Assembly: GCA_963799845.1 (NCBI GenBank)
Contig: CAWCYI010000006.1
Coordinates: forward strand, 864,001-928,000
DNA length: 64,000 bases
Direction of reading: 5' to 3'
From: an uncultured Nitrososphaerota archaeon
Lineage (GTDB): Archaea; Thermoproteota; Nitrososphaeria; Nitrososphaerales; CADDZS01
Positions 22,881 through 34,128 of this stretch are shown here, piece by piece. The position numbers and the translations under genes are program-made. Each line of letters begins with the position of its first letter. The stretch's first letter is position 1. The notes beneath the pieces were generated by a model. It worked only from the letters and a program-made list of their open reading frames with translations, ran no database searches and was not told the DNA's origin.

Positions 22881-23987
22881 TCAGCTGCTAATGAAGAAGC
22901 ATTGAATTAGGGCAGGGCTGGTGAGATTATTGTTAATGAAGGTTAACACCTCCCACTCGCCAAGGTCGCTTGCTGCAGGATATCCGTTTATGTCTATAGT
23001 CGCAGCGGCATTGAAAGCTGGAACCGGGCCTGTGATGTTGCCTGCATTGACAGTAGCATAGCCAGCTCCCTGTGGTGTAATGATGTTAAAAGTAACGTTG
23101 TAGCTACCCGAACCCACATTTGTAAATAAAACATAGAGATTAGCTTCCGTGCTGTTCGAAGTGTAATATAGTGTGCTGTTTATCGGGTAACCGTTAGAGT
23201 CGAATGAAGGCACCACCTCATTCTCCGAAATTGTCAGTGGTGAGATATAAGTGCCGACACGAAATGGCACAGTCAAGAAATTAGCACCACCGACATAGAC
23301 CAGTACATACCATGCCCCTGTTACGTTCGCAACTGATGTGCCTGCTAGAGGCATGTTGGCATATCCAGCATCCCACGGGTACCCGGTCGGAAGGCTGCCT
23401 CCTGTCGATTGATAATATTCTGAACCGTTTGGAAGGTACCAGTAGAAATCTATGCTCTCAGAAATTTGAACATTAGTAAAGTTCACCCATATGTAAACAT
23501 CTGGGGTTTGAGCAGTGAAAGACGATGTCTCGTTGATAGGCGCAAGCGATGTCGAATTAACGCCCAGCGCGGTTGCCTCACCACTTATTCCCAACACGAA
23601 AGTTAAGCTAGATGAAGAGGAATTAGATGTCGAAGAGCTTGACGTAGATGAAACGTTCGAGCTTGATGATGAACTCGAGCTTGATGATGATGAACTCGAG
23701 CTAGTCAAAATAAGCGATGATGAGGAAGAGGAAGTGACAACAGATGAACTGACCCCGACCGAAGAACTTGATGCGGATGAGGACGAGATTGTAGAAGGTG
23801 AACTGGAACTAGACGAAGATGAGCTTGAAGAAAGGGAGGAGCTAGAGGAGGAAGAACTTGATGAGGAAGTAGACGTAGAGGGCCTCGTCGCAAAGTAAAT
23901 ACCGGCACTAGCGATTAGAATTACTATAATGACAACTACCGCGACAATACTTGTGGCGATTGCTGTTTTCTTCCTTGAAATTTCCAT
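22881..23987 (-). CDS. Membrane-anchored surface protein with poly-Ser linker
   Basis: MEISRKKTAIA followed by a hydrophobic helix (class III signal-like), ~75-aa Ser-rich tract and two similar beta-rich domains. Confidence 0.8.
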   Translation of the reverse strand: MEISRKKTAIATSIVAVVVIIVILIASAGIYFATRPSTSTSSSSSSSSSSSLSSSSSSSSSSSPSTISSSSASSSSVGVSSSVVTSSSSSSLILTSSSSSSSSSSSSSSSNVSSTSSSSTSNSSSSSLTFVLGISGEATALGVNSTSLAPINETSSFTAQTPDVYIWVNFTNVQISESIDFYWYLPNGSEYYQSTGGSLPTGYPWDAGYANMPLAGTSVANVTGAWYVLVYVGGANFLTVPFRVGTYISPLTISENEVVPSFDSNGYPINSTLYYTSNSTEANLYVLFTNVGSGSYNVTFNIITPQGAGYATVNAGNITGPVPAFNAAATIDINGYPAASDLGEWEVLTFINNNLTSPALIQCFFISS

Positions 23988-24308
23988 CGATACCGGCGGC
24001 AAATTTTGCCCCAGAAGTATGATTATTAAGGATTTCCACAGGTGTACCTGCGGTGACCGGTTCCACACTCGCCGTACTTATGCCAGATAGTAAACTCAAT
24101 GCAGCAATCATTCATCTTAGTCTTACTTAGTGCTAAATTTGGAAAAGTAGTAAAGAATGAGTATCGACTATTGGAGATATTCTGTTTTCGTACTCTCTCG
24201 GAGAAGATCAATTCCCCAAGCGTCCGGTGCATCACGATTTGTGGGACATGTCACTCATCATGGTGGGATGATTCACAATAGTTATTACCCACTTGATATC
24301 CTATGTAG

Positions 24309-24638
24309 GTGGGAAAGGAAACAATGTCTATTACAGTGACTGAAAGACAGTTGGACGAAAAGCATCGGATCACCGTACCTGCTAACTTTGCTTCAAATCT
24401 GAAGGAGGGAGGCAAGGTAATCATTGTTAGTTATGAAGATCAGGCGGTCATAATTACACAAGATAAACGGGTCGCTGACGAACTTTTCGCTCAGCTTCGC
24501 CAGAATGAAGTCAAGCGCAAGATGGGAGCGCTAGACGAGTGGGAGAACTTGATTGACAAGGCCGGACTCTCAAAACTAACAGCGCGGAATATAGACCGGG
24601 CCGTGGAAAAGGCCATCAGGAGACCGAAGAAGCTCTAG
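24309..24638 (+). CDS. AbrB/MazE-like antitoxin
   Basis: ERQLDEKHRITVP swapped-hairpin motif; abuts the PIN gene. Confidence 0.7.
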   Translation: MGKETMSITVTERQLDEKHRITVPANFASNLKEGGKVIIVSYEDQAVIITQDKRVADELFAQLRQNEVKRKMGALDEWENLIDKAGLSKLTARNIDRAVEKAIRRPKKL

Positions 24639-25079
24639 ATGTCGAGCAACGATGGTATGCGCGAGATCGTCGTTGACACATCTGCTTTTTTCGCAAAGAT
24701 CACTGACTTGAGAAATATTATCATCGAAGGAAAGACCAAGCTTTCCACGGTAGACCTGGTCGTTTTCGAGTTTGCAAAATTAATGCAAGCAGAGCTGAGG
24801 GAAGCCGCGAAAACGAAAAGAGGTGAGAGGAAGAAGATGCTGGTTGCAGTAAGAGATCGCTTTCCTGGGCTACTCGCTGATCTTGGAATCGAAATCAAAT
24901 CCCCGGTTTTTGCTTGGGACGACCTGTCAATGCTCTACGATGAAATTGCAAAAGGACAAGATGCCGGGGACTGCATGATTTGGCTGAAGATGCAGAAAAT
25001 AGGATTAAAATCGATACTGACTCAGAACACTGCCGACTGGAAAAAGCTCGGTGCTGCAGTGATGTCTCTGTCACCATAG
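24639..25079 (+). CDS. vapC: PIN-domain (VapC-like) toxin
   Basis: IVVDTS, VFEF, DAGDCMI and ILTQN..D acidic PIN motifs. Confidence 0.75.
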   Translation: MSSNDGMREIVVDTSAFFAKITDLRNIIIEGKTKLSTVDLVVFEFAKLMQAELREAAKTKRGERKKMLVAVRDRFPGLLADLGIEIKSPVFAWDDLSMLYDEIAKGQDAGDCMIWLKMQKIGLKSILTQNTADWKKLGAAVMSLSP

Positions 25080-25148
25080 AAATTTAATTCCGTACCCGTC
25101 CTACGAATGCGATTGGATGCCAGCTGATGGAAATCTACATCGTCATGA

Positions 25149-25201
25149 ATGGAAACTAGACTCTCTACGAGAATCCGCGAAGAGAATCCGAGAGAGAATA
25201 G
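25149..25201. repeat. Intergenic repeat family 2, copy 1
   Basis: ATGGAAACTAG..TCTC..GAGAATCCGCGA..GAGAATAG, shared with 28061-28099 and 34129-34170. Confidence 0.7.
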
Positions 25202-25370
25202 TCAATCTTCGTCGAATAGTTGGCTCACCCAACCAAATCGCTTACGCGCGCGCGCGCTGAAAATAAAGCACTACTACGAAGAGTTCGACGACGGACACAT
25301 GAATATCCAGTATAGGTACGACACCTCTCTTCCCATGATTTACAAAGCTTTGACCTATCCAACGTAATAA

Positions 25371-25640
25371 TCAGAGCATCCTCCCAAAGTCGTCATACAC
25401 CTTGCTTCTGTGTCCAACAAAAAGCACTATGACCAAGTTGTCCTTTCTTTCAATCGAGTATATTGCCCTGTAATCGCCGATTCTAATTTTCCAGTATTCG
25501 GATGGATGCAGAGGTTCTCCCTTAGTTTCTGGGGAGTCCTCCAGTTCATTCAGAGCGGACTTTATTCGCCCCCGAATGATGCTGTCGATCTTGTTAAGGG
25601 ACTTTGCCGCCCGCGGATCGAGCATGACCTTGAATTTCAA
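25371..25640 (-). CDS. relE: RelE/ParE-family toxin
   Basis: WKIRIGDYRAIY..VGHRSKVY signature. Confidence 0.9.
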   Translation of the reverse strand: MKFKVMLDPRAAKSLNKIDSIIRGRIKSALNELEDSPETKGEPLHPSEYWKIRIGDYRAIYSIERKDNLVIVLFVGHRSKVYDDFGRML

Positions 25641-25864
25641 GGAATCTTTTTGAGCGGTACTAGTCTTTCCGGCTTTTCTCTCGCTTCCTTGCTCCGAGCT
25701 TCGAGCATTTCATAGAATTTTCTCGTTTTCTCTCTCTCTGTGTACAGAGAGACAATAGCCTTGATAGCTTCACTCCTGTTCACAAACTTCCCCTCGCCCA
25801 CCCACTTGTCCAATTGTCGTGCCAGCTCTTCCGGGAGTCTTACCTGAACCTGGACAGTAGTCAT
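25637..25864 (-). CDS. RHH antitoxin
   Basis: VQVRLPEEL..LD..V..G.F.NRSEAI; overlaps the relE start. Confidence 0.85.
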   Translation of the reverse strand: MTTVQVQVRLPEELARQLDKWVGEGKFVNRSEAIKAIVSLYTEREKTRKFYEMLEARSKEAREKPERLVPLKKIP

Positions 25865-26142
25865 ACGGCGTAAACATAGCTGTTTACAGGCTAAAAAGAT
25901 TTCCCGGGATTCTGAAGTAAGTGATTTGATCTCATTTTAATTGGAAACGAGCTTTTCCAAGCTCTTCTGAGCTTACAGAGCTCGGTTTCTCGAAGAATTT
26001 ACGCGTATCTGGGCGACATACCTTGGGGATTCTACTCACGATCAATGTCTGGGAACTTTCAAACTCAAGATCACTTGAGAATTCTTACGAAACCACTAAC
26101 CTAAAAAGAATCGCGTAAGATACATCTTACGACTCGATCATC

Positions 26143-26415
26143 ATGGCACTTGACTTTACTAGGTTGTCGGAGAAGGGCCAGGTTGTAATTCCAAGCGAGA
26201 TGAGGAAGAGAATGAAGCTGAAGGAAGGCACGCGGTTCGTCATTCTAGGTCTTGAGGATACGATAGTGTTGAGGCGTGTGCAGTTATCGGCAGAGAAGAG
26301 CGCCTTAAGAAAAACCTTGACGAGATTTCGAACAGTTGCGCAAAAATCGGGATTTAGCGGACTTGAAATTGCGCGAATCATCGAAGCTTCCAGAAAGAGC
26401 GTTCACTGTATCTAG
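26143..26415 (+). CDS. AbrB/MazE-family antitoxin (no adjacent cognate toxin)
   Basis: TRLSEKGQVVIPSEMRK motif. Confidence 0.8.
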   Translation: MALDFTRLSEKGQVVIPSEMRKRMKLKEGTRFVILGLEDTIVLRRVQLSAEKSALRKTLTRFRTVAQKSGFSGLEIARIIEASRKSVHCI

Positions 26416-26420
26416 TATAC

Positions 26421-26750
26421 TTGGTGGAGAAAGTGTCCGAAACAATAAAGGTTTCAAAGCAAACGAAGCAGTCGCTTATCAAAATTGCAGCCAGACTGCA
26501 AGAGGATACTGGAAAGAGGGTTGACTTCGACGAGGCAATCCAACACTTCATGTCTCTCACCGAGAAGAGACCTGACCTATTGAACAAGGTATTCGGTTCT
26601 GTTCCAAAATTGAATATTCAAGACCTGTACAAGGAGAGGCAAATCGATGAGCTCAGAGCCAAGCGGAAATATCCATTTCTTCTTGACTCGCAGGGAATGG
26701 ATCGGGGATACCCCCCTAAACTGCCAGAACGACCTCGAGCATTTCTTTGA
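26421..26750 (+). CDS. VapB-type antitoxin-like protein
   Basis: ETIKVSK.TK..L...RVDFDEAI pattern typical of archaeal antitoxins. Confidence 0.6.
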   Translation: MVEKVSETIKVSKQTKQSLIKIAARLQEDTGKRVDFDEAIQHFMSLTEKRPDLLNKVFGSVPKLNIQDLYKERQIDELRAKRKYPFLLDSQGMDRGYPPKLPERPRAFL

Positions 26751-27126
26751 CGGGAAGAATCTTGATTCCTCTGAACTGTTTGAAATCAAGTAGATGTTGG
26801 TCTCCGGATACTATGTAATCTGCCTTTCCTTCATGGGCTGAAGCGAGGACTACGTTGTCATCAGGATCTTCCTTGATAATGCCGAGTGGTTCGTTAATGG
26901 TCACGATCAAAGATTTGCTCGCGACAATTGAGACAAACAAGTTCATCTGATCTTTCTCTATTTCCCGGAACTTTTCTCTTGACAGTACGTCAAGTAGTTC
27001 GGCTAGCATTTCCCACGAGGATATCACTATATGATTCTTGAGTAATTCTAATACCAAACGGCGTGGATTACCGTGACCGACGATCGCTGAGACGAGCACA
27101 TTCGTATCCAGTACGACTCTTAGCAT
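26716..27126 (-). CDS. PIN-family putative toxin
   Basis: RVVLDTNVLVSA, DPDDN and IVSGDQHLL. Confidence 0.9.
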   Translation of the reverse strand: MLRVVLDTNVLVSAIVGHGNPRRLVLELLKNHIVISSWEMLAELLDVLSREKFREIEKDQMNLFVSIVASKSLIVTINEPLGIIKEDPDDNVVLASAHEGKADYIVSGDQHLLDFKQFRGIKILPVKEMLEVVLAV

Positions 27127-27414
27127 TCAGCGCGCCTTGGCCATTCGTGCTTCTTTCCTGAAGGCCTGAATCTCTTTTAGTATCTCCTTTTCTGTAGGCT
27201 TCTTCTTTCCTCTGTACTGTTCATCAATTTGAACGAATGTGGCATTCAGTTTCTCATCGAGGGACGGTACGTCTAGTTTTGTTAATACCAATTTGTTTCC
27301 CCTCCTGTAGATTGCGATCCGATTATTCGGCTTAATGTTCAACTTGGTTCTCAGACGCTGCGGGATTACAATCTGACCCTTTGTTCCCACTACTGCTATT
27401 TCTGGTTCTGACAA
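27127..27414 (-). CDS. AbrB/MazE-family antitoxin
   Basis: VGTKGQIVIP motif; directly upstream of the PIN gene. Confidence 0.85.
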   Translation of the reverse strand: MSEPEIAVVGTKGQIVIPQRLRTKLNIKPNNRIAIYRRGNKLVLTKLDVPSLDEKLNATFVQIDEQYRGKKKPTEKEILKEIQAFRKEARMAKAR

Positions 27415-27572
27415 TTTCGCGCAAGTATGATTTTCATACTTCCTCCATAAAATAGTTTCCTAACTATTGAAGCTCGTTTTCATCCCACGAATTCATTAGT
27501 GGGAGGACGCAACCAAACGACCGATCCTTCAATTTCAGCTTGATGGCGTGAACCAACGCCATAAAGGCGAAG

Positions 27573-27887
27573 GTGTTTATCCTCGGGAGAAAAACGAGGA
27601 GTGAAACCTTGACACGTCCCGCGAAGACACCCGAAGAAGTGGCTATTCACAATGAGACAAAGAAAACCACGGAATTCCTCAAGAGAATCAAGCAAGTGAA
27701 ACTCGATCCGGCAATCAGGAGTTACTCTGACCTGGTATCCGGGCTTTTCGAGAACTCTCAGTGGATGTTCGTTCGCAGTCAGCATGTCTCGGCGCGTTTC
27801 TCAGATGAGGAGGAATTGAAGAAGCATTTCAAGAACGAAGCACACAGTCTTTCGAAGTTTGGTCGATCTCAGTCTATGTACGATTAG
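27573..27887 (+). CDS. Hypothetical protein
   Basis: 104-aa ORF with protein-like composition. Confidence 0.45.
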   Translation: MFILGRKTRSETLTRPAKTPEEVAIHNETKKTTEFLKRIKQVKLDPAIRSYSDLVSGLFENSQWMFVRSQHVSARFSDEEELKKHFKNEAHSLSKFGRSQSMYD

Positions 27888-28060
27888 GATTACCTTGTTT
27901 GGAAGGATATCTCGGGATCGGAATCCTAGGATGGGTCCTAACTGAAAAGTACGCTGTGGGTGTCATGCACATCGGCTGGGCTATTGCCGGCTCGATCATG
28001 TTTACTGTTTTCTGCTACAGTGATTTCTTTCGGAACGATCTCCCTTTATGAAAAGGAATT

Positions 28061-28099
28061 GAATCTAGAATCTCGAAGAGAATCCACGAAAGAGAATAG
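28061..28099. repeat. Intergenic repeat family 2, copy 2
   Basis: CTAGAATCTCGAAGAGAATCCACGAAAGAGAATAG. Confidence 0.65.
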
Positions 28100-28388
28100 A
28101 TTCTGTCTGCGTTTCGGTTGAATAGATAACAATCGAATACAAGATTTTCCGAAATCGCAAACCGGCATGAGCTCTGGCCGCAACTGATACAGACACGACC
28201 GTTACGGGATCTACGATCTCAACTTCTCGTATTCGTTCTACATCGACTACGACAACCGCCACGACGGGCCTCTCGTAGCCATCGCTCAAACGCTGGGCAT
28301 CATATTTCCGCACAGATTGCTGAAATATTAGTTAACAGGATTAACCTTTGAGATCAGATTTGCAAAGCACCTGCAATATCTTAATTGA

Positions 28389-29796
28389 TTGACTCTACGA
28401 AAAATTGGCAACGATTTGTCTACTAATCTCCCCTTGACTACAACGCTTTACTTCGACAAGGGTAGCATAGTTGTGAGAGGACAGTTTGGAGTTCCCAACG
28501 CTGTGTGGGATGAAAGAATCAGAGCCTTCCGGACCCAAGCTTTTCACTACAAAGAAATACTCAATTATCTGGACCAAAGCCGCCTCCAATTTCAGGACAA
28601 CGTGCAGGATTTAGTGCCGTGCCCGCACCTGAGTTGTGACGCGCTCCTCCTTAGAGGTTACCAGAAAAAGGCTCTGAAATCTTGGGAAAGTGCCGGCGGG
28701 CGAGGGGTGATAGTTCTTCCAACTGGAGCGGGCAAGACCGTAGTCGCCCTAAAGGCAATCGAGCTCGTAAACAAGCCAACCATAGTGATCGTTCCCACGC
28801 TAGACCTCTTAGAGCAGTGGAGGAAGAGGATCAGCAAGGAGTTCAACATCGAGACTGGAGTCCTCGGCGGAGGTGAAAATATCATCAGGGCTGTTACCGT
28901 TTCAACCTATGACTCGGCATATCTCAGGGCGGGAGAGATCGGCAACAAGTTCAGCCTGCTTGTCGCGGATGAAGTCCACCATATCGCATCCGAAGGATAT
29001 AGACAGATCGCTGAGATGTTCAGCGCTCCATTCAGGATGGGTCTCACCGCGACACTCGAGCGAGAGGACCTTCTTCACAACGATATTCCAAGGCTCATGG
29101 GAGGGACAGTCTTCAGGCTTGAACCAGAAGACCTTGCCGGCCGATATCTATCGGATTACTCTCTTGAAAAAATAAATGTGGATCTCTCAGACGAAGAGAG
29201 GGAAACGTACACAAGACACCACAAGATATTCACTGACTTTCTTGCCTCAAGAAAGATTCGGATTTCGAGTCCCCTTGAGTTCCAGCGCTTCATAATGAGA
29301 AGCGCTTCGGATAGAGAGGCTAGAAAAGCTCTACTTGCAAGAAACAAAGCGCTTGAGATTTCACTCAACTCTGACGCAAAAATAGAGGCCCTTGAAAAGA
29401 TCTTGCAGTCGAATCCAAATGAAAGAATACTGATTTTCACCCAGCACAATCAATTGGTGTACAAGATTTCAAGGAGATTTCTTCTCCCGTACATCACTTA
29501 CAGGACAGACAAAGATGAGAGGCACAAAATCCTTGACGGCTTCAGAGACGGTAGCTACAGGGCGATTGTGACCTCCAAAGTCCTGGATGAAGGAATAGAC
29601 GTCCCGGAAGCTTCCCTAGGGATAATACTGAGCGGGTCGGGTAGCTCGCGGGAGTTCGTCCAAAGGCTCGGAAGATTGCTCAGGAAGAAGGAAGGAAAGG
29701 GTAAAGCTGAAGCTTATCGAGTTGGTCTCGAGAGAGACTTCCGAGGTTTCCACGAGTTCAAGAAGGAAAACAAAGAGGTCGAGAGAAAGTAAATGA
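28389..29796 (+). CDS. xpb: XPB/Rad25-type SF2 DNA helicase (frameshift near the C-terminus, ~29708)
   Basis: LPTGAGKT, DEVHH, GLTAT, LDEGID and QRLGR; the shifted frame gives KLIELVSRETSE..SRR to TGA at 29794-29796. Confidence 0.88.
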
Positions 29797-29884
29797 GGAA
29801 AAAATCGAAGTTTCAGAAAGAGAAATGGCGTCGACTCAACTCTAATGAAGCAATGATATTCAGTTAGAAACCGGTTCTTGAACG

Positions 29885-31546
29885 ATGCTTCCATCTCCTC
29901 TTCTACGAGCCCGCGTATCGAAGGGAAGGCTGAGCCCTAAATATGTGACATTAAACGATGAAACAAACGCGCTGTCTAAGAGCGTCATCAACTCATACGA
30001 AGCCAGCACCGGGAAGAAGAAAGAGCACCTCCTTCGGATGCTCAAGGAGCTCGAAGAAAAGGAGCCTGATTACAAGCTTGTCAGGGGATTGGCGGAGCTT
30101 TTGGAGAGACGATGCAACTATCTTATCGAGAGCCCGATAGATCCAAAACATGCTAGGGACCTAACTTTCAGAGAAGCGAGCAAAAGAAGAGCCGTCAGCT
30201 TTCCAGAACGGAGCCAGGTCATTCAAGATGTTAGCGATAAGCTAAAGGTAGATCCGAATGACATTGAGAATTCTTTGTGGAAGGATCTAGAGGAAGAACA
30301 GATACTGGAAGGATTTTTGACTATCGACTCCAAGACGCTCATCAAACAGTACAACTTTGCCCTAGCTCAGACAGCTCTTTTCAAAAGCACGAAGATGGAG
30401 TTCACGGCCAGCGGCAACTGGAAGAACATTTTCAGAGACCTAAAATATCTTGGTCTCATGTACGCCGTAGAAAGGAAGAAGGGTAATGACGATGGAAAGA
30501 TAAATGAGGAGGGATACACCGTCTCGATTGAGGGTCCACTATCTCTTTTCAAACTAACCGATAGGTATGGCACTTCATACGCCAAACTCTTGAATCAAAT
30601 TATCCTCAGTGATTCGTGGAGCTTCAAAGCAGAGCTCTTTGACAGAATCAGGAATAGAATCCTTTACTTTGAAGAGGATAGCGGAAGTGTTTTTGGGTTG
30701 TTCGAATCGAACTGGACACCTACCGAACCAACCAAGTATGACGGTGCGGCGATTGTGTCATCGCCAAAGAAATCGCCATTCATGTTTCAGCGGCAAAACA
30801 TTCATCTTTATGACAGCAAGGTCGAAGAAAAATTTGCATCCGGATTCAACGCCCTGAGAACAGGATGGGCGCTCAAAAGAGAGCCGGAGCCATTGGTTGC
30901 GGGAAGCCATGTACTTATTCCGGATTTTAGTTTTGAGAAGGAAGGCCTGAAGGTCTATCTCGAAATTGTCGGATTCTGGACAACAGATTACCTTGAACGC
31001 AAGCTTGCAAAGCTTTCCTCCCTTTCGCCAGATATTGAAATGATCGTCGCGGCAGACGAAAGTCTCGCCTGCTCAACGAAATTTGAAAGAATTAAACAAA
31101 ATAGTAAAAGGCTGTTGTTATTTTATTCCAAGGTGGTTCCAATCTCCCCTATACTAGGCTATCTAAATGGGTTGGACGCGGTAGCGAGAAAAAGACGGGT
31201 TGAGATCCTTCGCAAGGAGAGGTTCGAGTTCCATGAAGATATCATCACTATCAAGCGTCTTGCAGACGAACGTCAAGTTTCTCTGGAAAGTATGAACGAG
31301 ACATTCTCTCAAATCCGGATAGATGGATACGCAAAAATTGGAGATTATTTGGTGAGTCTATCTAAAATTTCCAAATTGAAAAGAGAGCTGAGAGCTCTTG
31401 GAGATGACTCCAGTCTAGCCCGTGCGGTAGAGATGATCGAATCTGAAGGGCTGCAGAATCCTCAACAAGTGCTCAGCACTCTCGGTTACACCATAGACTG
31501 GCAAGGATTAGACTACGAAAAAAGTAAGATAAGGTTGGCTAATTGA
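29885..31546 (+). CDS. bax1: DUF790 / Bax1 nuclease, partner of XPB
   Basis: YNFALAQTAL, GLMY, GPLSLF..T.RYG, REPEP..IPDF and EIVGFWT.DYL.RK; canonical position downstream of xpb. Confidence 0.88.
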   Translation: MLPSPLLRARVSKGRLSPKYVTLNDETNALSKSVINSYEASTGKKKEHLLRMLKELEEKEPDYKLVRGLAELLERRCNYLIESPIDPKHARDLTFREASKRRAVSFPERSQVIQDVSDKLKVDPNDIENSLWKDLEEEQILEGFLTIDSKTLIKQYNFALAQTALFKSTKMEFTASGNWKNIFRDLKYLGLMYAVERKKGNDDGKINEEGYTVSIEGPLSLFKLTDRYGTSYAKLLNQIILSDSWSFKAELFDRIRNRILYFEEDSGSVFGLFESNWTPTEPTKYDGAAIVSSPKKSPFMFQRQNIHLYDSKVEEKFASGFNALRTGWALKREPEPLVAGSHVLIPDFSFEKEGLKVYLEIVGFWTTDYLERKLAKLSSLSPDIEMIVAADESLACSTKFERIKQNSKRLLLFYSKVVPISPILGYLNGLDAVARKRRVEILRKERFEFHEDIITIKRLADERQVSLESMNETFSQIRIDGYAKIGDYLVSLSKISKLKRELRALGDDSSLARAVEMIESEGLQNPQQVLSTLGYTIDWQGLDYEKSKIRLAN

Positions 31547-31628
31547 AAGTGTTTGACATTTGAAGAAAATATATCCTCGTGAACTTGAGAACGATTGAAC
31601 TAAGGGTCAACATAGCGGACGAAACTGA

Positions 31629-32439
31629 ATGCCCAAATACCTCTGTAGAACTTGTGGCGTGCAAATTGAGGAAGCAAGAGAACCGCCAGATAGCTGCCAG
31701 ATTTGCACGGACGATAGACAGTACGTGGGGCGGGATGGTCAGCAATGGACTACTCTTGAGAAGTTGAGACAGAGTGGATTCAAAAACAGAATCGAAGCGG
31801 TAGACGACGAACTCTATAAAATAATCACCGACCCCTCCTTCGGAATCGGCCAGAGAGCTTTTCTAGTTAGAACGAGATCAGGCAATCTCCTTTGGGATTG
31901 CATCTCATACTTAGACGATGAAACCGTAACATCGGTTAAGAAACTCGGTGGAATAGATGCCATCGCGATATCCCATCCGCACTACTATTCGTCCATGATT
32001 GAATGGAGTGAAGCATTTGGAGGCGCGCCAGTTTACGTCCACAGTCTTGACAGAAAGTGGGTGCAGAGGAAGAGTCCAAAGATCACCTTCTGGAAGGGGG
32101 AAAAAACTTCACCGCTGGGTGGGCTCGAGATCGTCAATCTGGGTGGACATTTTGACGGCAGCAGTGTACTTTACCTCCGTGAAGGTGCACATGGAACGGG
32201 CGTTCTATTATCAGGGGACACCATCAGCTGTTGTCACGGACCGTCGTTGGACAACCTTCATGTACAGCTACCCAAACGAGATTCCACTTCCAGCCCGCGA
32301 GGTGAGGAAAATTGCATCGCGAATCAAACCGTACAAGTTCGCAAATCTGTACGGCGCGTTTGAAGGAGGAGAAATCGTCGGGAACGCTGATCGCAGGGTA
32401 CAACTCTCGGCGGAGAGATACGTCAATCATTTGAGATAG
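31629..32439 (+). CDS. MBL-fold metallo-hydrolase with N-terminal CxxC pairs (frameshift ~32226)
   Basis: CRTCG...CQICTDDRQY, SHPHYY, GGHF.G and SGD; ORFs 31629-32363 and 31999-32439 join. Confidence 0.82.
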
Positions 32440-32579
32440 AAGTGATCGGGCCGGTGGAAGCGCTCTAAAATTACGCAAGTGATTGGAATAACTAGTACAA
32501 AGTAAATCTGATCGGTATGCCGATCTCCCACTGATCAATGAACAAGATTAGATCGATGGTGGCAATTCCCTCACCCCGT

Positions 32580-32875
32580 CAATTGTCATTGTCGAACTCA
32601 GAAAATGGTACCTAGGGGAGATTGAATCTGGTCGTAGAGACGAACGAGAAATGCAAAAGCACTTTGCGTTTATCGAGTCGAGGTCGCGAGTTGTCCCACT
32701 TGATATGGCTTTGAGCTTGGAAGCTGGTCAGACTGACTTTATGATGAAGAAGAGGATCAAGAACTGGCCTATAGCAGATTCGATCGTCTATGCTACCGGG
32801 CGCTCTCGCGGAGCGCAAGTCATCAGTGGGGACCCGCACTTTCGAGGACTCGAGGGAGTCACATTCATCGAGTAA
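32580..32875 (+). pseudogene. 5'-truncated PIN/VapC remnant
   Basis: WPIADSIVYAT and VISGDPHF motifs; the N-terminal D motif is missing. Confidence 0.7.
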
Positions 32876-32947
32876 GCAGCCCATGAACACTTTTTATTTA
32901 GCGCCTTCCGGCCCAAGCCTAGTCTGAATTATTCCGGTAGAAAGAGG

Positions 32948-33328
32948 GTGGACTTGCAAGAATTCGTTAGCCTAATCGAGTCCAGGATGCGGTGCGTATA
33001 CGTGACTGAGCGGCCCATAGACCTGAAGAAACTCGACGAGCCGAACACCATCTTCGTGCTCCAGCTCCCCGAAGGATTCTCCACCGCCACGGGAAGCAGT
33101 GGAGGTGGCTCGGGCGATAGGCACATCCTCAAAGTCTATCAGTACATGTGCGGTCAGGGAGACTGCAGGAAGGTCAACGAGTTCGAAGACAAGGAAGTAA
33201 CCGAGATGTTGGACCTTCCCTATCACGCAGCGGCGTTTCCGATCATACTACCCGACGGCAAAGAGAAGCTTGTATCCGGGGTCGCTGACCTTGAGCTTGT
33301 CGCTGCATACCTGCGAGCTCTCACTTAG
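32948..33328 (+). CDS. Hypothetical protein
   Basis: 126-aa clean ORF preceded by a GAGGG RBS-like sequence. Confidence 0.65.
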   Translation: MDLQEFVSLIESRMRCVYVTERPIDLKKLDEPNTIFVLQLPEGFSTATGSSGGGSGDRHILKVYQYMCGQGDCRKVNEFEDKEVTEMLDLPYHAAAFPIILPDGKEKLVSGVADLELVAAYLRALT

Positions 33329-33491
33329 GGACTGAAGGAATTCGGGTCATCCTTTACAATCCCAATCGCTGCAATACTCGATGCACAATAACGAGGCCAT
33401 CGCGAAGTGCGCACTTTCCAGCATTGGCATCGAGATTTCTAGAGTCTGATACCGACAGGCTTAATTTAGCCATAGTCCATAGTTCATAACA

Positions 33492-33692
33492 ATGTCGACC
33501 ACGGTTGAAGTGAAGCGGACGACGGCGAAGCTTCTGGAAGAGATCAAAGAGAAGTACAAGGCAAAGAGTCTGGACGAGACGATACGAAAACTGGTGGAGA
33601 AGGCGGAGAACGTCCCTGAAACAATGTTCGGCGCGCATCCAAAGATGAGATCATTCAAAAAGTCAGATGAGTCCAATGTCCATGAATTATGA
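33492..33692 (+). CDS. VapB-type antitoxin
   Basis: TTVEV...T...L..IK.....SLDETIRKL; overlaps vapC. Confidence 0.8.
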   Translation: MSTTVEVKRTTAKLLEEIKEKYKAKSLDETIRKLVEKAENVPETMFGAHPKMRSFKKSDESNVHEL

Positions 33693-34068
33693 GACCGTAA
33701 TTGATTCGTATGCATGGATAGAGTACTTCAAGGGTTCTTCCTCTGGAGTGAAGGCCAGAGGTTTCATCGAGAAAGGTTCAGCAGCCACTTCGTCAATATC
33801 ACTGGCAGAACTGCAGGAGAAATATCTTCGGGAAAAATGGGACTCATTCGATACTGATGTCAAGTTCATCACGACCAAGACGACTCTGGTCTCGCTTGAT
33901 CGCAAGATCTCGATTCTCGCCGGTCAGATAAACTTCCAGAGCAAGAAGAGAAAGAAAGACTGGGGAATGGCTGATTCTATTATCCTATCCACCGCTCGGA
34001 TAGGATCGGCAAAAGTAGTAACGGGCGATTCTCATTTCAAAGATGTCCCTGAAGCAATCATGATCTAG
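33667..34068 (+). CDS. vapC: PIN-domain (VapC) toxin
   Basis: VIDSYAWIEYF, LAEL, GMADSII and VVTGDSHF. Confidence 0.9.
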   Translation: MSPMSMNYETVIDSYAWIEYFKGSSSGVKARGFIEKGSAATSSISLAELQEKYLREKWDSFDTDVKFITTKTTLVSLDRKISILAGQINFQSKKRKKDWGMADSIILSTARIGSAKVVTGDSHFKDVPEAIMI

Positions 34069-34128
34069 GAATATCGAAACTTATAGCGCGTCGATTGAAG
34101 ACTCCAAGTCTGTGAGTGCAACAGACGG

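Noticed and set aside
23515-23898. Highly acidic 127-aa ORF on the plus strand
   Set aside because: It is the antisense shadow of the poly-Ser codons of the minus-strand surface protein.
28389-31546. Helicase-nuclease pair as a novel defence system
   Set aside because: Motifs and gene order match the known archaeal XPB-Bax1 repair module.
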